Below, piece after piece: positions 50,201 to 62,200 of a stretch of DNA of 64,000 nucleotides. Source of the DNA: Tubiluchus corallicola (Eukaryota > Animalia > Priapulida). The stretch lies in assembly GCA_030141605.1 (NCBI GenBank), contig JAQGDQ010000040.1, forward strand, positions 682,001 through 746,000, given 5' to 3'. The position numbers and the translations under genes are program-made. Below the pieces are notes generated by a model. The model was not told the origin of the DNA. It did no database searches and saw nothing but the letters and a program-made list of their open reading frames with translations. Numbering within the stretch: the stretch's first letter is position 1; each line of letters opens with the position of its first letter.

Positions 50201-53200
50201 GCTCGATACCCGTCGACGCGGTGATGTTGGTCTGAAAAGACGCAATTAAAAATTCCAATATTTCCTATTATAATTCGTGTTCCCCTGGCGATTGTGCGCT
50301 TGACAGAACACTTACTGCATCTACATCAATCTTGCTTTTGTGACATTGGAACGGGATCATGCTTTAAAGTTAATTGCATTTTTTATAAGTTCTAAGACAT
50401 TTACATTTGGAAAAGATGCAAATATTTAAGTAATGGAATTCCTTCCGCCGAAAGGCAATCAAGATGTGTAGAAATTACAGAAAAATTAAAATCCACAAAG
50501 AGCTGACATTTCGATTTACTTCAAATTCAGCAACCCAAATCAGTTATTTTATTTATAATCAATAAATCCCAGTTCCGTTCGCAAGGACACACTGGATAGA
50601 CTTGAAAACTTGAAAATAGCATGGTGTACAAATTGTTCTGGTATTAGATTAATTACTAATAAGGCGTAATAAGTTGCTATACGACTGAAATAACATCTGA
50701 AAACACTGCATATGAAGGAACGAAAATAATATGCACTAAAAACTAAGATCTGCTCTAACTCTTGAAAAATCTTAAGGAATAAAATAAACGTTGGACTCTT
50801 CATCTCACCTTTCTTAAATTCAATAATTCGACCTGTATTTTCTCTTTAGTGAAGTTACATTTTTAAATGCAATAGTAAAGCGGTATTGTGTTTCTAGTAA
50901 AGTCTAGTAAAGGCAGGATTAATTATCTTTTTCGTGTCTTATTTTTCCTTGCTGCTGTCGCATTCTACATTTTTGTAATGGTGATTCAGTAATCTTTATA
51001 TTAAGTCGACGCTATATAGTCTCAAAGTTGAATTACTACTACGAAATTCGAAGAGGATTCATATCTCTACTAGTTTGGACAAATGTTAGCCATTTTTCAT
51101 TTACTGAACAAAAGCACAGGTCTGCCGTTACTTAAGTCGAGTAAAACAAGAAAGAAAGAACCGCCAAACTTGACTGTGATACTATGAAATTTTTCTTAGT
51201 ACTTAATTTTCTTATTACTCAGTTTCATTGAAAGCCATATTTTGGTATTAACAGCTAGGCAGTTTATCAAACTACATTAATTTATTTCAAATTTGACCTA
51301 AAGTGATTTGGGCAAAAGGAAATTTACGATGAATCCCCCTTCGGCAAGCATAAGCGTCCTTTACTTTAATTTCTAACATAATTTTCGACATTTAAAAATT
51401 TTACCAAAAAATTGTGTAATTGAGAAGTAACTAAAGCTACGAACAGGTACCGCCATTAAAAAATAAAAAACACACCTTTGATTTACCGGTCATTAGATGT
51501 CTTGTGTTGGCAACGAATACCATATCGTTGCTGTCTAGAATTACTTTATTCTGACCAGTGGTCATTTCTCGATGTATTATTCTCTTTCTGCAAAATATAA
51601 TGGTTGTAAGTGTCATAATTGTTAAATATTCTTTCCTGAGCAGAATTTTGTGTGCATTCAATGTATGGAGGAGCCACAGCAACAACACTAGAAATATTTT
51701 ATGGCGATGAAACGACATGGAGATTAAAGGCTTTACAATTATGGCAGAATAGATTGTCAGAATGCTTTACTGTTATTAGGAAAAAGGAAATAAACGAAAG
51801 CCCTATTATGAAACCTGAATGAATGATATGTATGATTCAGAACTGTTGGTAAAATCAAGGATTGGTGCTCTGGAAGTCAATGGAAACGGATCATTTGGAA
51901 AAATCCCTTGCATAAATGGAGGATAAATGATAATGATAGGAGTGTAAAGTGTTAGAAACTTTAGAGTACATTCTTTTGAAGTGCTCTCTCTCTATAAAAA
52001 TGAAATATGAATGATTTCGTGGGAAGGAGTCTCTGATGATGATCGAATAAATTAGAATTTATTTAAGAATATTGATATGGGTAAATCAGTGATATAATGA
52101 AAAGACGTTGCAAAGTTTATGGGCATTAAGAATGTTTTTTTCTTTTCAGCCAAGTAGCAGGTTTTTGACTGCTCACCTTGATAGAAAAATGTTTGAGGCC
52201 CGGAACTGAACTGAACTGGACTGAGAGGAAGGAGCTCCTTCGTACTTAAAAAGAAATAACTTAAACCTACCACATCGAAGCTGCGATTTACCATTCATTA
52301 ATACGAAATACTTTGTTTGACACAATTGCAAGAGCGGCCAGAAAAACATTACCTACAAATTTTTCAACGAAGCAAAAATTACGAGTTAGAAAGGCATAAA
52401 AATTTAATATATTACGTGTTATACACAAGAAAACATTTTTATGTTTTAGTTTTGAAAAACTGTTTAAAAACGTAATGTTTAAAATTTTATTTCCATAAAA
52501 AGCAATAGGAAAAAAATTCCAAAATTTATTGTTTTAAATGAAAAAATACACCTTGGTATTTCCTTTGTCTACATAACTTACATGTGCTTTACTTCTATTT
52601 CCATCACGAAGCCTAGGTCAGAATTGGTTAATAACTGAATGAACCGTCTTTCGCAGAAATTCAGCTCATTGTTGGAACAAAACTTTTTTCAATTCAAGGA
52701 ACATCTTTTTTGATTTTTTTTTGCGCGATACACTCGCTGAGATAAGTTCTCGAATATGCTAGAGTGTTATAGTCAGGCTTGTTTTTTTCGTAAAGAAACA
52801 TTAGAGGCTGCGTTTTCATCTAAAGCAGTAAATTTTCTTTGTTATGGAAATACAGTTTTTAAAAAATCCAGTAAAAATAAAACATAAAACGTAAAACTTA
52901 TTTTTCTTGTGTGTAATATATATTCAAATAATATATAATATAAAATATATTAAATATATTCATCGATATTCTGATAAATTTTTACGCTTTATTACGCCTT
53001 TACGCCAATTTTTGCTTTATTAAAGAATTTCCATTAAAGAGGGGCTCCATACACGCATAAAAAGACTTTGCTGTGATACATGTCATGTCTTTATAGGTAC
53101 ATATAATGCTAACAAAACGTTTCAGCTTTGCTAATCATGATGTTAAATTTCTTTAATTCGTAGTTTTATTTTTTTGCACCAGACGTATTTGTCTATTAGC

Positions 53201-56200
53201 AGTGTAGCCCAAGCAGTCACTGAATGATATCTCACATTGTATAATGTATGCTGTCATTATTTTATGGCAAATATATATATATATATATATAATGTAAATA
53301 TATAATATATACATATAAATGAGCGTAACCATGTGCATAAATTTCAGCACATCATCATAAAACAATTCGAAAAATAGTGTTTCAAACAAAGAAACTTAGA
53401 AAAGTAGATGATCTTTATAATATATTTGAAATTATTGTAGATTATATAAGACCTGAATAAAACTTCTATAATTTGACATTGGAAATTTTTTTACTGCGGT
53501 TAACAGAGACAAAGACGGTTACAAGAAAGCATCACGCAATATAAATCTTTCAGAATAATTACCTAACTATTAATACTGCTCCAAAGCCAATTCCAGCCGC
53601 CACTACTAGAGCAACAATGATTATTATCAGGTTGGTCGAGCTGAAATCTGAAAGGTTCAATACAAAAACACAATAAATATTTTGAGAAAGCGATCTATTG
53701 TATAGGTTTTACGAAATTTTCGGTAAAACTTGTTGATAATTAAGTCGATTGACTTAAGAAGAAAAAAGAAAAGACAGAGTGAAAAAGTAAATGATCACTA
53801 ACATGTTGTTTACTAGCGCAGACGATCGTTTCGACAACAACTGTTGTTAACATTCGCGCTAATAAACACAGGTTGATTTCTAGACGCTGGCATTTTTATG
53901 TATTAAATTATCGCTGTTTGTGAGGTATCTATGGCAGTTTATATAATGCATATAGCATAAGATTCCTACATTGATGTTCCCCTAGAATGCAACCAAAATA
54001 ATAGGCCAGCGAGTAATATTAATCGATTGCAATCTTAACTGGTAACTTATACGGGTAACAAGTTCGAAACTCAGTACTGAATATTTTGTGCCATCCTTCT
54101 AGACTTCCGCGACGTCAAGGAAGAATAAATGATGAAAGATGTTGTGCAGGGTAATGTGTAAGCATACGTGTACTATGCCAGCTCTAATTCGCCCGGACAA
54201 AACGTTTCTAAACTAAATTTGAACTAAAATTTATTCGTTTTTTCCACTAGATCAATTTTAGAATAGCGATTTTTTTTCACTTCTCAGCATTTTGCTTGGT
54301 CCACTCAATCTGACAAGAAAACTTTATTAACCAGAAGAGTCCAGTCTAACAGAGCATACCCGCGAATTTGCTGGTGAGTTCCTTTTCATAGCTCGCAGAA
54401 AATTAACTGCTGAAAAAATTCATTAATTCAAGACGCATTAATCCAGACCCATGTTCGAAATATGGGTTTTACATGAAAACAGCTTTTGGTAAAACCGCAA
54501 CCAAGCCTTATTGTTCACTATTGTGCGAAAAATTGTAACACCTAATTAACAACGATCATGGCAAACCGACTTCAGGACAGGCTTGGCCTATTGTTGGCAG
54601 ATGTTAACGAGGTTAGCCCCACGCTGCGTTAGGCAACCCAAAGATTCATTACCGTAGTTTAGCGCTAATAATTTTGCTCCAGTGTGATTTTACTTTAATT
54701 TAATTTAATACGGCTCTAATTCTACTTCAGTGCGATTTTAATTACTGTGGCTTTAACTTACATTTTATTTTAAGGTGATTTTAACTGCTGTGGTGGTTTT
54801 TTAATTGTATTCTATTTTTAACTAGATTGTTTTTTAACTAATGTGATTTTGGTATGACCTTATAAATCATGCTACTCATGCTGGGATTAATAAATGATGA
54901 CTGTTTCTGATGTGACGTGGATCGTGGTTAATTTTAATTTAAGTTAAGTTAAACTTAGTTAATAACCCGAAAATGTTCAGCGTTATTTTCTAATGGCCGC
55001 CTGATGGTCATCCGCAGTACGTAATGCAACAGCTCAACAGTTTTCTCAGCGGCCGCAAGAGCTACCTAGTGGTGAACGAACCTTTGCTATCAGTTAATCG
55101 GTTCGTGGTGGTTTCGCCACGCGCGGTTTTCATATAAAGTCCATAACATGTATCTAGAGCCTGTGTATTGTACATGAGGGCGCTTGGTAAAAATATTTTG
55201 GCGGCGAGTTTGGGAAATTTTGGCGGCAAACCAAGGTGATTTAGGAATCAAAGGCATTATTCCATGGCTAACGAATGCTACCATGCTTTCTATGTAAACG
55301 TCGCTTCTGAACTCTTCTTTATTGACTACTAGCAAACTTAAATAACAAAAAACTAGTACGTTTCGGCATTACCGGTGAGAACAAAAAGTACAGATTATTG
55401 TTATTCAAGTTTGCTAATAGTCAATAAAGTAATTGTGATGTTGTTAGTGGATGCTGCACCAGTCTTATTTCTACAGAAACCTATAATTATTATGAACTCA
55501 TGATTCTGCAAACTAAAACAGAGAAGTTTTTTGCCCTTTTAACAAACAATTGAATGAATATTTCCTTAGAGCTAAATGTGCTGTGCTCTCTTAGCTCTCT
55601 CGTAATTCAGCCTTTTGTGCTCGAAGAGCATAAATAACGAGCTTAGTGACAAGTTTAATTGACCGAAATTGCAATACTCTCACTCTAATGAAATTTTCAG
55701 TTTAGCTTATTAAATCTTCGCACATTATTTTGGAGGTAAATTAAACTAACTTGAGTATATAAGTAAAAAAGCGCTATGTAAGCGAGAGCAAGAATATGTT
55801 ATAGATAGACATAAAAACAAAATACTACAATTTCTAAAATTCCACAGAAATAGTAAAACTTGAAAAAAAGAAATTCCACAAACAGATATCAATATAGTCA
55901 TGAAACTAGCTTTAACGATTTTGAACACGACTTATTAGATGTTTTCACAAATTTTAAATGAATTATGCTTATAGTATAGCTTCCAATCTAAATATTCAAT
56001 TACATAATACTCAGAAAATTTACTTCTTTGCTCATTCAATAAAGTGATGATACCATTTGTGGGTTTTTAGTGTCTCAAAAAATAATATCATTACATTGCA
56101 GTTTTAGAGAGTCTTAATGTTAAACTAATAATTTTAATAATAAATTAATAAGTTAATAAATTAATAATAATTTTAAACCAGATCGCTAGTCGTGTTATTA

Positions 56201-59200
56201 CCATTTGTTCATTTGCAAAGTGGAAAAGCAATTTCAGATTAATAAAATTATATAGGTCATTGATATAAGTTAGAAACGTAAAAGATCCCAAAATGGAAAC
56301 CCAGAGGACTAATGTTTCGTTAAGTATGACACTATCACATCTAACTACTTCTGTTCCAGTTTCTCATTTGGCTTTGTTGAGTTCAGGCTAAAACTGTATT
56401 GCTCAGGTTTCAGCAACAAAATTACTTTCAGTGAAAATTCAGAGGTTTTCGCTCCTCACCCACACAGCGCAATTCTATGTAGCATGCAGAGGCAGCTGCA
56501 TCCGATTTGTTCAATTAACACAATAGCAAGTAAAGGACTTCTTCTATAAGCACAGTTTTAAGCGTACTGTAAACTCAAAACGTAGGTGTTATTACAAACA
56601 AAATGTGTAGTCAGCGAACCCAAGGATTGCGTTAAAAAGATTCTGACAACTACTGGCTGACTAAAACTGCATCGTCGACGGCATAATATTGGAAAAACTG
56701 GAAAAGGTAACCGTTAGCAGCTTCAGGAATGAAAGGGTTAACGATCATGGTACAAAGTTCTCTTTTCCTGTCGTGACAGCGGCTTCTATAAAAGTCAAAC
56801 TTCTAAAACAGCGGGAACAATTAGTTTTATAATTCGTCTTGAACAGTTTTCACTTCGGGATAAAGTAAATGCAGGAAATTTGAACTGCCAACGTTAACAT
56901 GATTGATTTTGCTACCTGCGCTCAGCACTTCGTTTAAGCAGAGTCACAGCAATATTCTTTAGTTAGCCATAATGGATGCTATGGGTCCTTCTCTGACGCA
57001 TTTTTTGTAATTAATAAAAACATTTTCTTCTTGTAAAATAAAGATTTAATTGTCAAGCAAGCAGAGTGAAATCGATGTAGGAAAATTTGTTGCCTTTTCT
57101 GTTTTAGTTGTAGTAAAACTATGTACGTTCTTTAGCTCTAACGTTTTCTGTTTTTTCTTAGGGGGGGGGGGGAAAGTTCATATAAGGAGTTTATATACAT
57201 ATTTAAGGCACTCCATCGCATATCGGTGTGATTAAGGTGTGGCGCCCCTACCTTGAAAAGCTTGGGGATATTTCTACCTCTTTAATTATGCACAACTTAA
57301 AATGTTTCATTTGCACTGGATGAAGTTTCACGCTAGTACGACATTCACAAAGCTGAGAGCACAGCCATGTGTTAGAGCCTTCAATTTGATGAAGTTAGCG
57401 CAAAGAAGAAGAACAGAAGAACGTAGCACCTCAGCGAAAAATTCTATTAGCTCCTAGGAATTATTTAGTATTCCTATTAAGACCTTTCCCTTCATGTTCA
57501 CGTAACAGCTATAGATAATATAGCTGTAGATAATGGAAAATAAATGGCTGATCGAATATAATAATGGTATGTTCAAATGAGAGACAGAAGGGATAAGCAA
57601 AAGCATAAAAAATAAGAGAGAGCGCTATCGTCCCATACAGTAAAATTGAAAGGATAAGAGATGGTTCCAGAGATGATTAAAAACTAATGTACAGGGAGTG
57701 AGCATGAATACATATTGTGTGGTAATACGTCCTGTTTTTCATGTTCTTGTATAAGCACACGCAGCTAATAGAACATGGAATCTAACTGCGGTATACTAGC
57801 CGCTAGTGTGATAATTGATTTCTTAAAATTAGGCTAATTTGGCAATCTATCTGTTCGTCACACGTAATTAAGTTCAACTTCGCACACCTGAGCGGTGAAT
57901 CTGATTACCTGCGCCTGCCAACGCAAACGCTGATTGCGGGTACTTTCCGCTGAACTGCAGAAGTACTCTTAGCGTATTCGTTATTTTCTTGCTTGGCTAG
58001 TTTTATTTGCTTGCTTTAATGTGGTCTTGTGAAATGGAGTTCTCTTCAGCCTAACTTCACTTTTAATATTTATTAGATCACGGATTCAGTGCATGCACCT
58101 GCAGTCTTTCAGGTGCGTTCCAGTAATGAGGCCAACGCAAATAGTGATCAAATAAAAATTGCATGCGACAAAAGTATCAAAATTAATTAGGCCTAATTAC
58201 TTCTCGACCAAAATTAGTGTTGAAGGCGATAATGATGTTATTGACCATGATGATGCTGATGATGATCATGATGGCATATGAACCTGTTCATAGTAACTAT
58301 AATGATGTTGTTGCCGTTCATGAATATGATGATGATGACGAAGATGCCGATAATGACGAAGATAATGATGATAATGATGATGATGACCATGACGGTGGTG
58401 GTAACGATGATTAGTTAGCTTTCAGTTAACGCATACGTAAGCTAAAAATCTTGTACATCGCTGGCTAAATCGTAACAAATTAAGCTTACATAACAAAAGT
58501 TGTTATTAAACGCATGTTTTAGCACCGATGATGACGTAGCATGTTATTCAAGATACCTTAATAAGCTTTCATTTGATATGATGGAGTACATAATTCGCCA
58601 CACATTGCAAGCTCTCTCATATTTTCGCAAGGTTCCTCTCAGGATAGCAGTCAAGACATGGAATAAAGGAACTTTGGCACTTATATTTGGCGCATGTCTT
58701 TGAGTACCGATTGTCTGAGCGAGGCAAATAGGACAGGAAATAAAAATATTTAATCCTAGGTTTAAAATAGCAAATTGTGTTTGTCAACCTAAATTGAAAA
58801 ATATTGTGATGCGTGAGTAGGAGCTAATTCTAGCTCGATCATACGTGAGTAGGAGCCCAGTGAATAACGAGTTATTTTCCTGATCCAAGATTATTTCGTC
58901 AATATAGTGCGCCTGCTCGACGTTGCGTTTGCTCAATAAATTTGCCATTATGCACAGAATTATGACGTTCGAGTCTTAACTGGATTAACCACGCAAACTG
59001 GATCAAAAAGTCATTAACTAAAATCATACTAAGTTAAATCTCGTTTGAGGGCTTCCAGAAGAATGTCTGCTGATCGATACCTCAATTTAAAGAAATGTAC
59101 GTAACGATTTGCTAAGTCATAAACAGTATACATGTAGTTGCCTTTAAATTTCCGTAATAGACCAATACTGCACTTTTTCTCAGCTCTGTACAGTTTTTCA

Positions 59201-62200
59201 CTTTTTTATTTGCTTCCTGATCCAGTACTCGGGTTCTAGATAACTTAGACAACGTCACTTGCGCTGTGGACACTGAGTTGTAGGAAATTTGAGTAGTAGG
59301 CATATGGGCAATGGACACTGGACAGTTGCACTTTAGCAGAAGGACAAACTAAAGTAACCGTCTGTCGAAATACACGTGCGTCTGTTGTCACTGTTGCGGC
59401 TGTAATTGCTGTTGTTGTTGCTGCTGCTGTTGCTGCTGCTGCTGCTACTGCTGCTGCTGCAGCTACCTCCTACAGCCCCTGCTGCTCCTAACATAATGTT
59501 AAGGCTGAACATTGTTAGACCGATAGAGCTGTAGATAGCCTGAAAGCGAGTTTTAGATAGACGTAAAAACAGATAAGCAAACAGATATAAATATTTGCAT
59601 CCAGGAATATGCATTACACATGACTAATGAACGTATTTACGCCCTTTGGCGTCGAGGTTCACGCATTGAACAATTTCAGATTTTTAATAACTAATCTATA
59701 AGTTTGGCTTCTTTGCATGCACTTTGTGTATTTATGGCATTGTTTGCCCTTTGTTTATTGCATTGTGTTGTGTGAACACTGCACTCTTGTGAAATTGCAT
59801 GATTAGGGTTTTCGGCAAAAATATTAGTTTAGCGTTCCGGGCTGAATTGGTGTTCTGAAAGGGGAATCGGGGGCGGAGGTGAAGGATGCGAACGGAAGCC
59901 ACAGAGATTTAGACAAAGTCGAGGAAGAGAAATAGATCAGAAAGAGAAAATACGGAAAGTCATTTTTGAAGTCATATGAAAGACTGTCCACGGATTATAG
60001 AAACCAAACGGGCGGTAAATTATTAACATGGATTCAATTGTGAAAGATATTTCATCATGGATGGCAGCCAATAATTAGCCATCGTGTTAGAATATGCACA
60101 GAGTGATTTCCGCTTGACAGTTAAACACAAAATCTGCTAATCATATAATGGCATAAAGTACATAAATAATAGCGCACCTTCACTTGCTGTTATGCACGGC
60201 ATTGTTTCGTTCATTATACAGTCCGGATCCGGTTCTATAAATCTATTGGACGGCCATAGTGGTAGATTTACTGACAAATCACCTGATTGATTAATTGTAA
60301 TAACTGTGCGAAACCATTCCAGTGATTCATCGTAGCTTAAAAGGACGTGATCATATTCTACGTTGCCGTATCCATCTGTTTTTTCCGTCGTCAGGAACCC
60401 CTCGAAAGTCAAATTTCGGGTATTCTGGGCCACAGAAACTGGATCAACAGCGTTAAGGTAGCTGCCCTCCTCGGTCAGTGTTTTGTTCAAAGCGTAGGCT
60501 AACAACATGATAGCGTTGTAAAGCGGACTGATGAAAATGTTATCCTGAAAGAGAAAGAAACACGATTTTCTAGGAAAATAAAAACTCAACTTTGTACTGC
60601 ATGCCGTCATGGTAAAATTCGCACAAATGAAGGAAGGCGCATTCATTGCTAAAAAGAATGCTCACTAATACAGAAATATTGCATGTACACTTCTGCATTA
60701 AATATATATCACATAAACTGTATGCTTTTTACAAAATAGCACGATTCGATTCGATAAAATAAAAAACGAGAAATATTAACTGATGCTACTGCTATTAATG
60801 TTGATTAAAATAAGTAACAATGCTGTTTAAGCTATAGAGCCAGTTTGTGTACAAGCTCCTCTGTTTTCTTTTCTCTTTTATTTTTGATGTCTCCTGTCTA
60901 CCACATTCCACCGCATAGCTTTTTAAATGTCTATTACAGTTTGTTTAGTTTTTGTGTGGGCAGATCTGCACAAAGACGGATTTACAGCTGGTGTATGGTC
61001 TGTTTTATCTCTGACAGAATTAGGAAAATTTGTAAATCAACGAGTAAAATGTTGAGAACGACAGGACATCTAAAACGTAAAAATAAAGATAAATTTTTCG
61101 TGCTAACAAAGACAGATCGACAGAAGCACGGATTTGTTTTAAATCATACCATTTTCTCTTTTTAAGTCGCTTATTTTTGACGAAAAGGGAGGCTTAACTG
61201 GCCCCAAATTTCTTTCGCCTCAAAGTTTTGCCAATTTCTGTATTTTTGATGCATTTTGTTATAAGAATTTAAATTTTGCGGCAAGTTTTGTTCTTATTTA
61301 TGACGTGTTTAAATGTGCTAAAAAGATAACCTTACCCCATTTTTAAAGTTGTCGGTCTCATTGAAAGGCAGATTTGATATTTTTTCAATGTATTGTTTAT
61401 TGAGCATTTCATAAGGACCACTGGCTTCAGCTGGTATCACGGTCAAAACAAACAACATTACACTTGAACTTGCGTCGATAATCAACTGAGCTTCCCTGTA
61501 AATAATAAGAGGGTAATCAAAGGTGATACAAACCCACAAAATTGAATTTTCATGATAAATTTGAAAGACAACAAATAGGAAAAAAAATCCCAGAATACAA
61601 CCTGGATTTGAACCAGATACCTTTTGCTAACAAGCAGACGCCGTAGAAGACCGCTAGGCCACAGTCCAAAGTTAACTCCTGGTCAACCAAATCCAACATT
61701 TCCAATGTCAAATCGCTTACGTTTGAATGATTCTAACTAATTATAACATTACGAATTATTTTATTTTTTTGTTACTTTTCGGTAGGTAATTAATTATTTT
61801 GCTAGGGAGATTATTAATACTTAAGATTCAATTGAGCACAGACACGAACAATTATTGATGCAAACAGTAATGCATGCAACAGTAAAAATTATCTTTATCT
61901 TAAATGTGCGTTAACAAAATTATTAAAATCAGTGGGGAAATGTTACGAAAACATAGTTGCACTAGGTCTAAATGTCAATATGACGATTTGTATGAGAGTT
62001 AATGTGTAATCTACAACTAAGGCAGGCCTAGGAGAAATAGATTAATTACAGTGCTCTTTATAGCTGTGTACAACAGGGTTTTGGTGAAAAGATAAGGTGT
62101 AACTAAAAACTTATATCAGCGCTGAAAATACGTATTATATAAGACACTTTCATTTTTTTGAATAGTAAGAGTGTGCCTGGTATTTTCTTAACGTTTATTT

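Noticed and set aside
53880-55130. Additional LINE fragments (also ~20900-21300 and ~49300-49700)
   Set aside because: They resemble decayed non-LTR pieces but are too degenerate to classify or delimit by eye.
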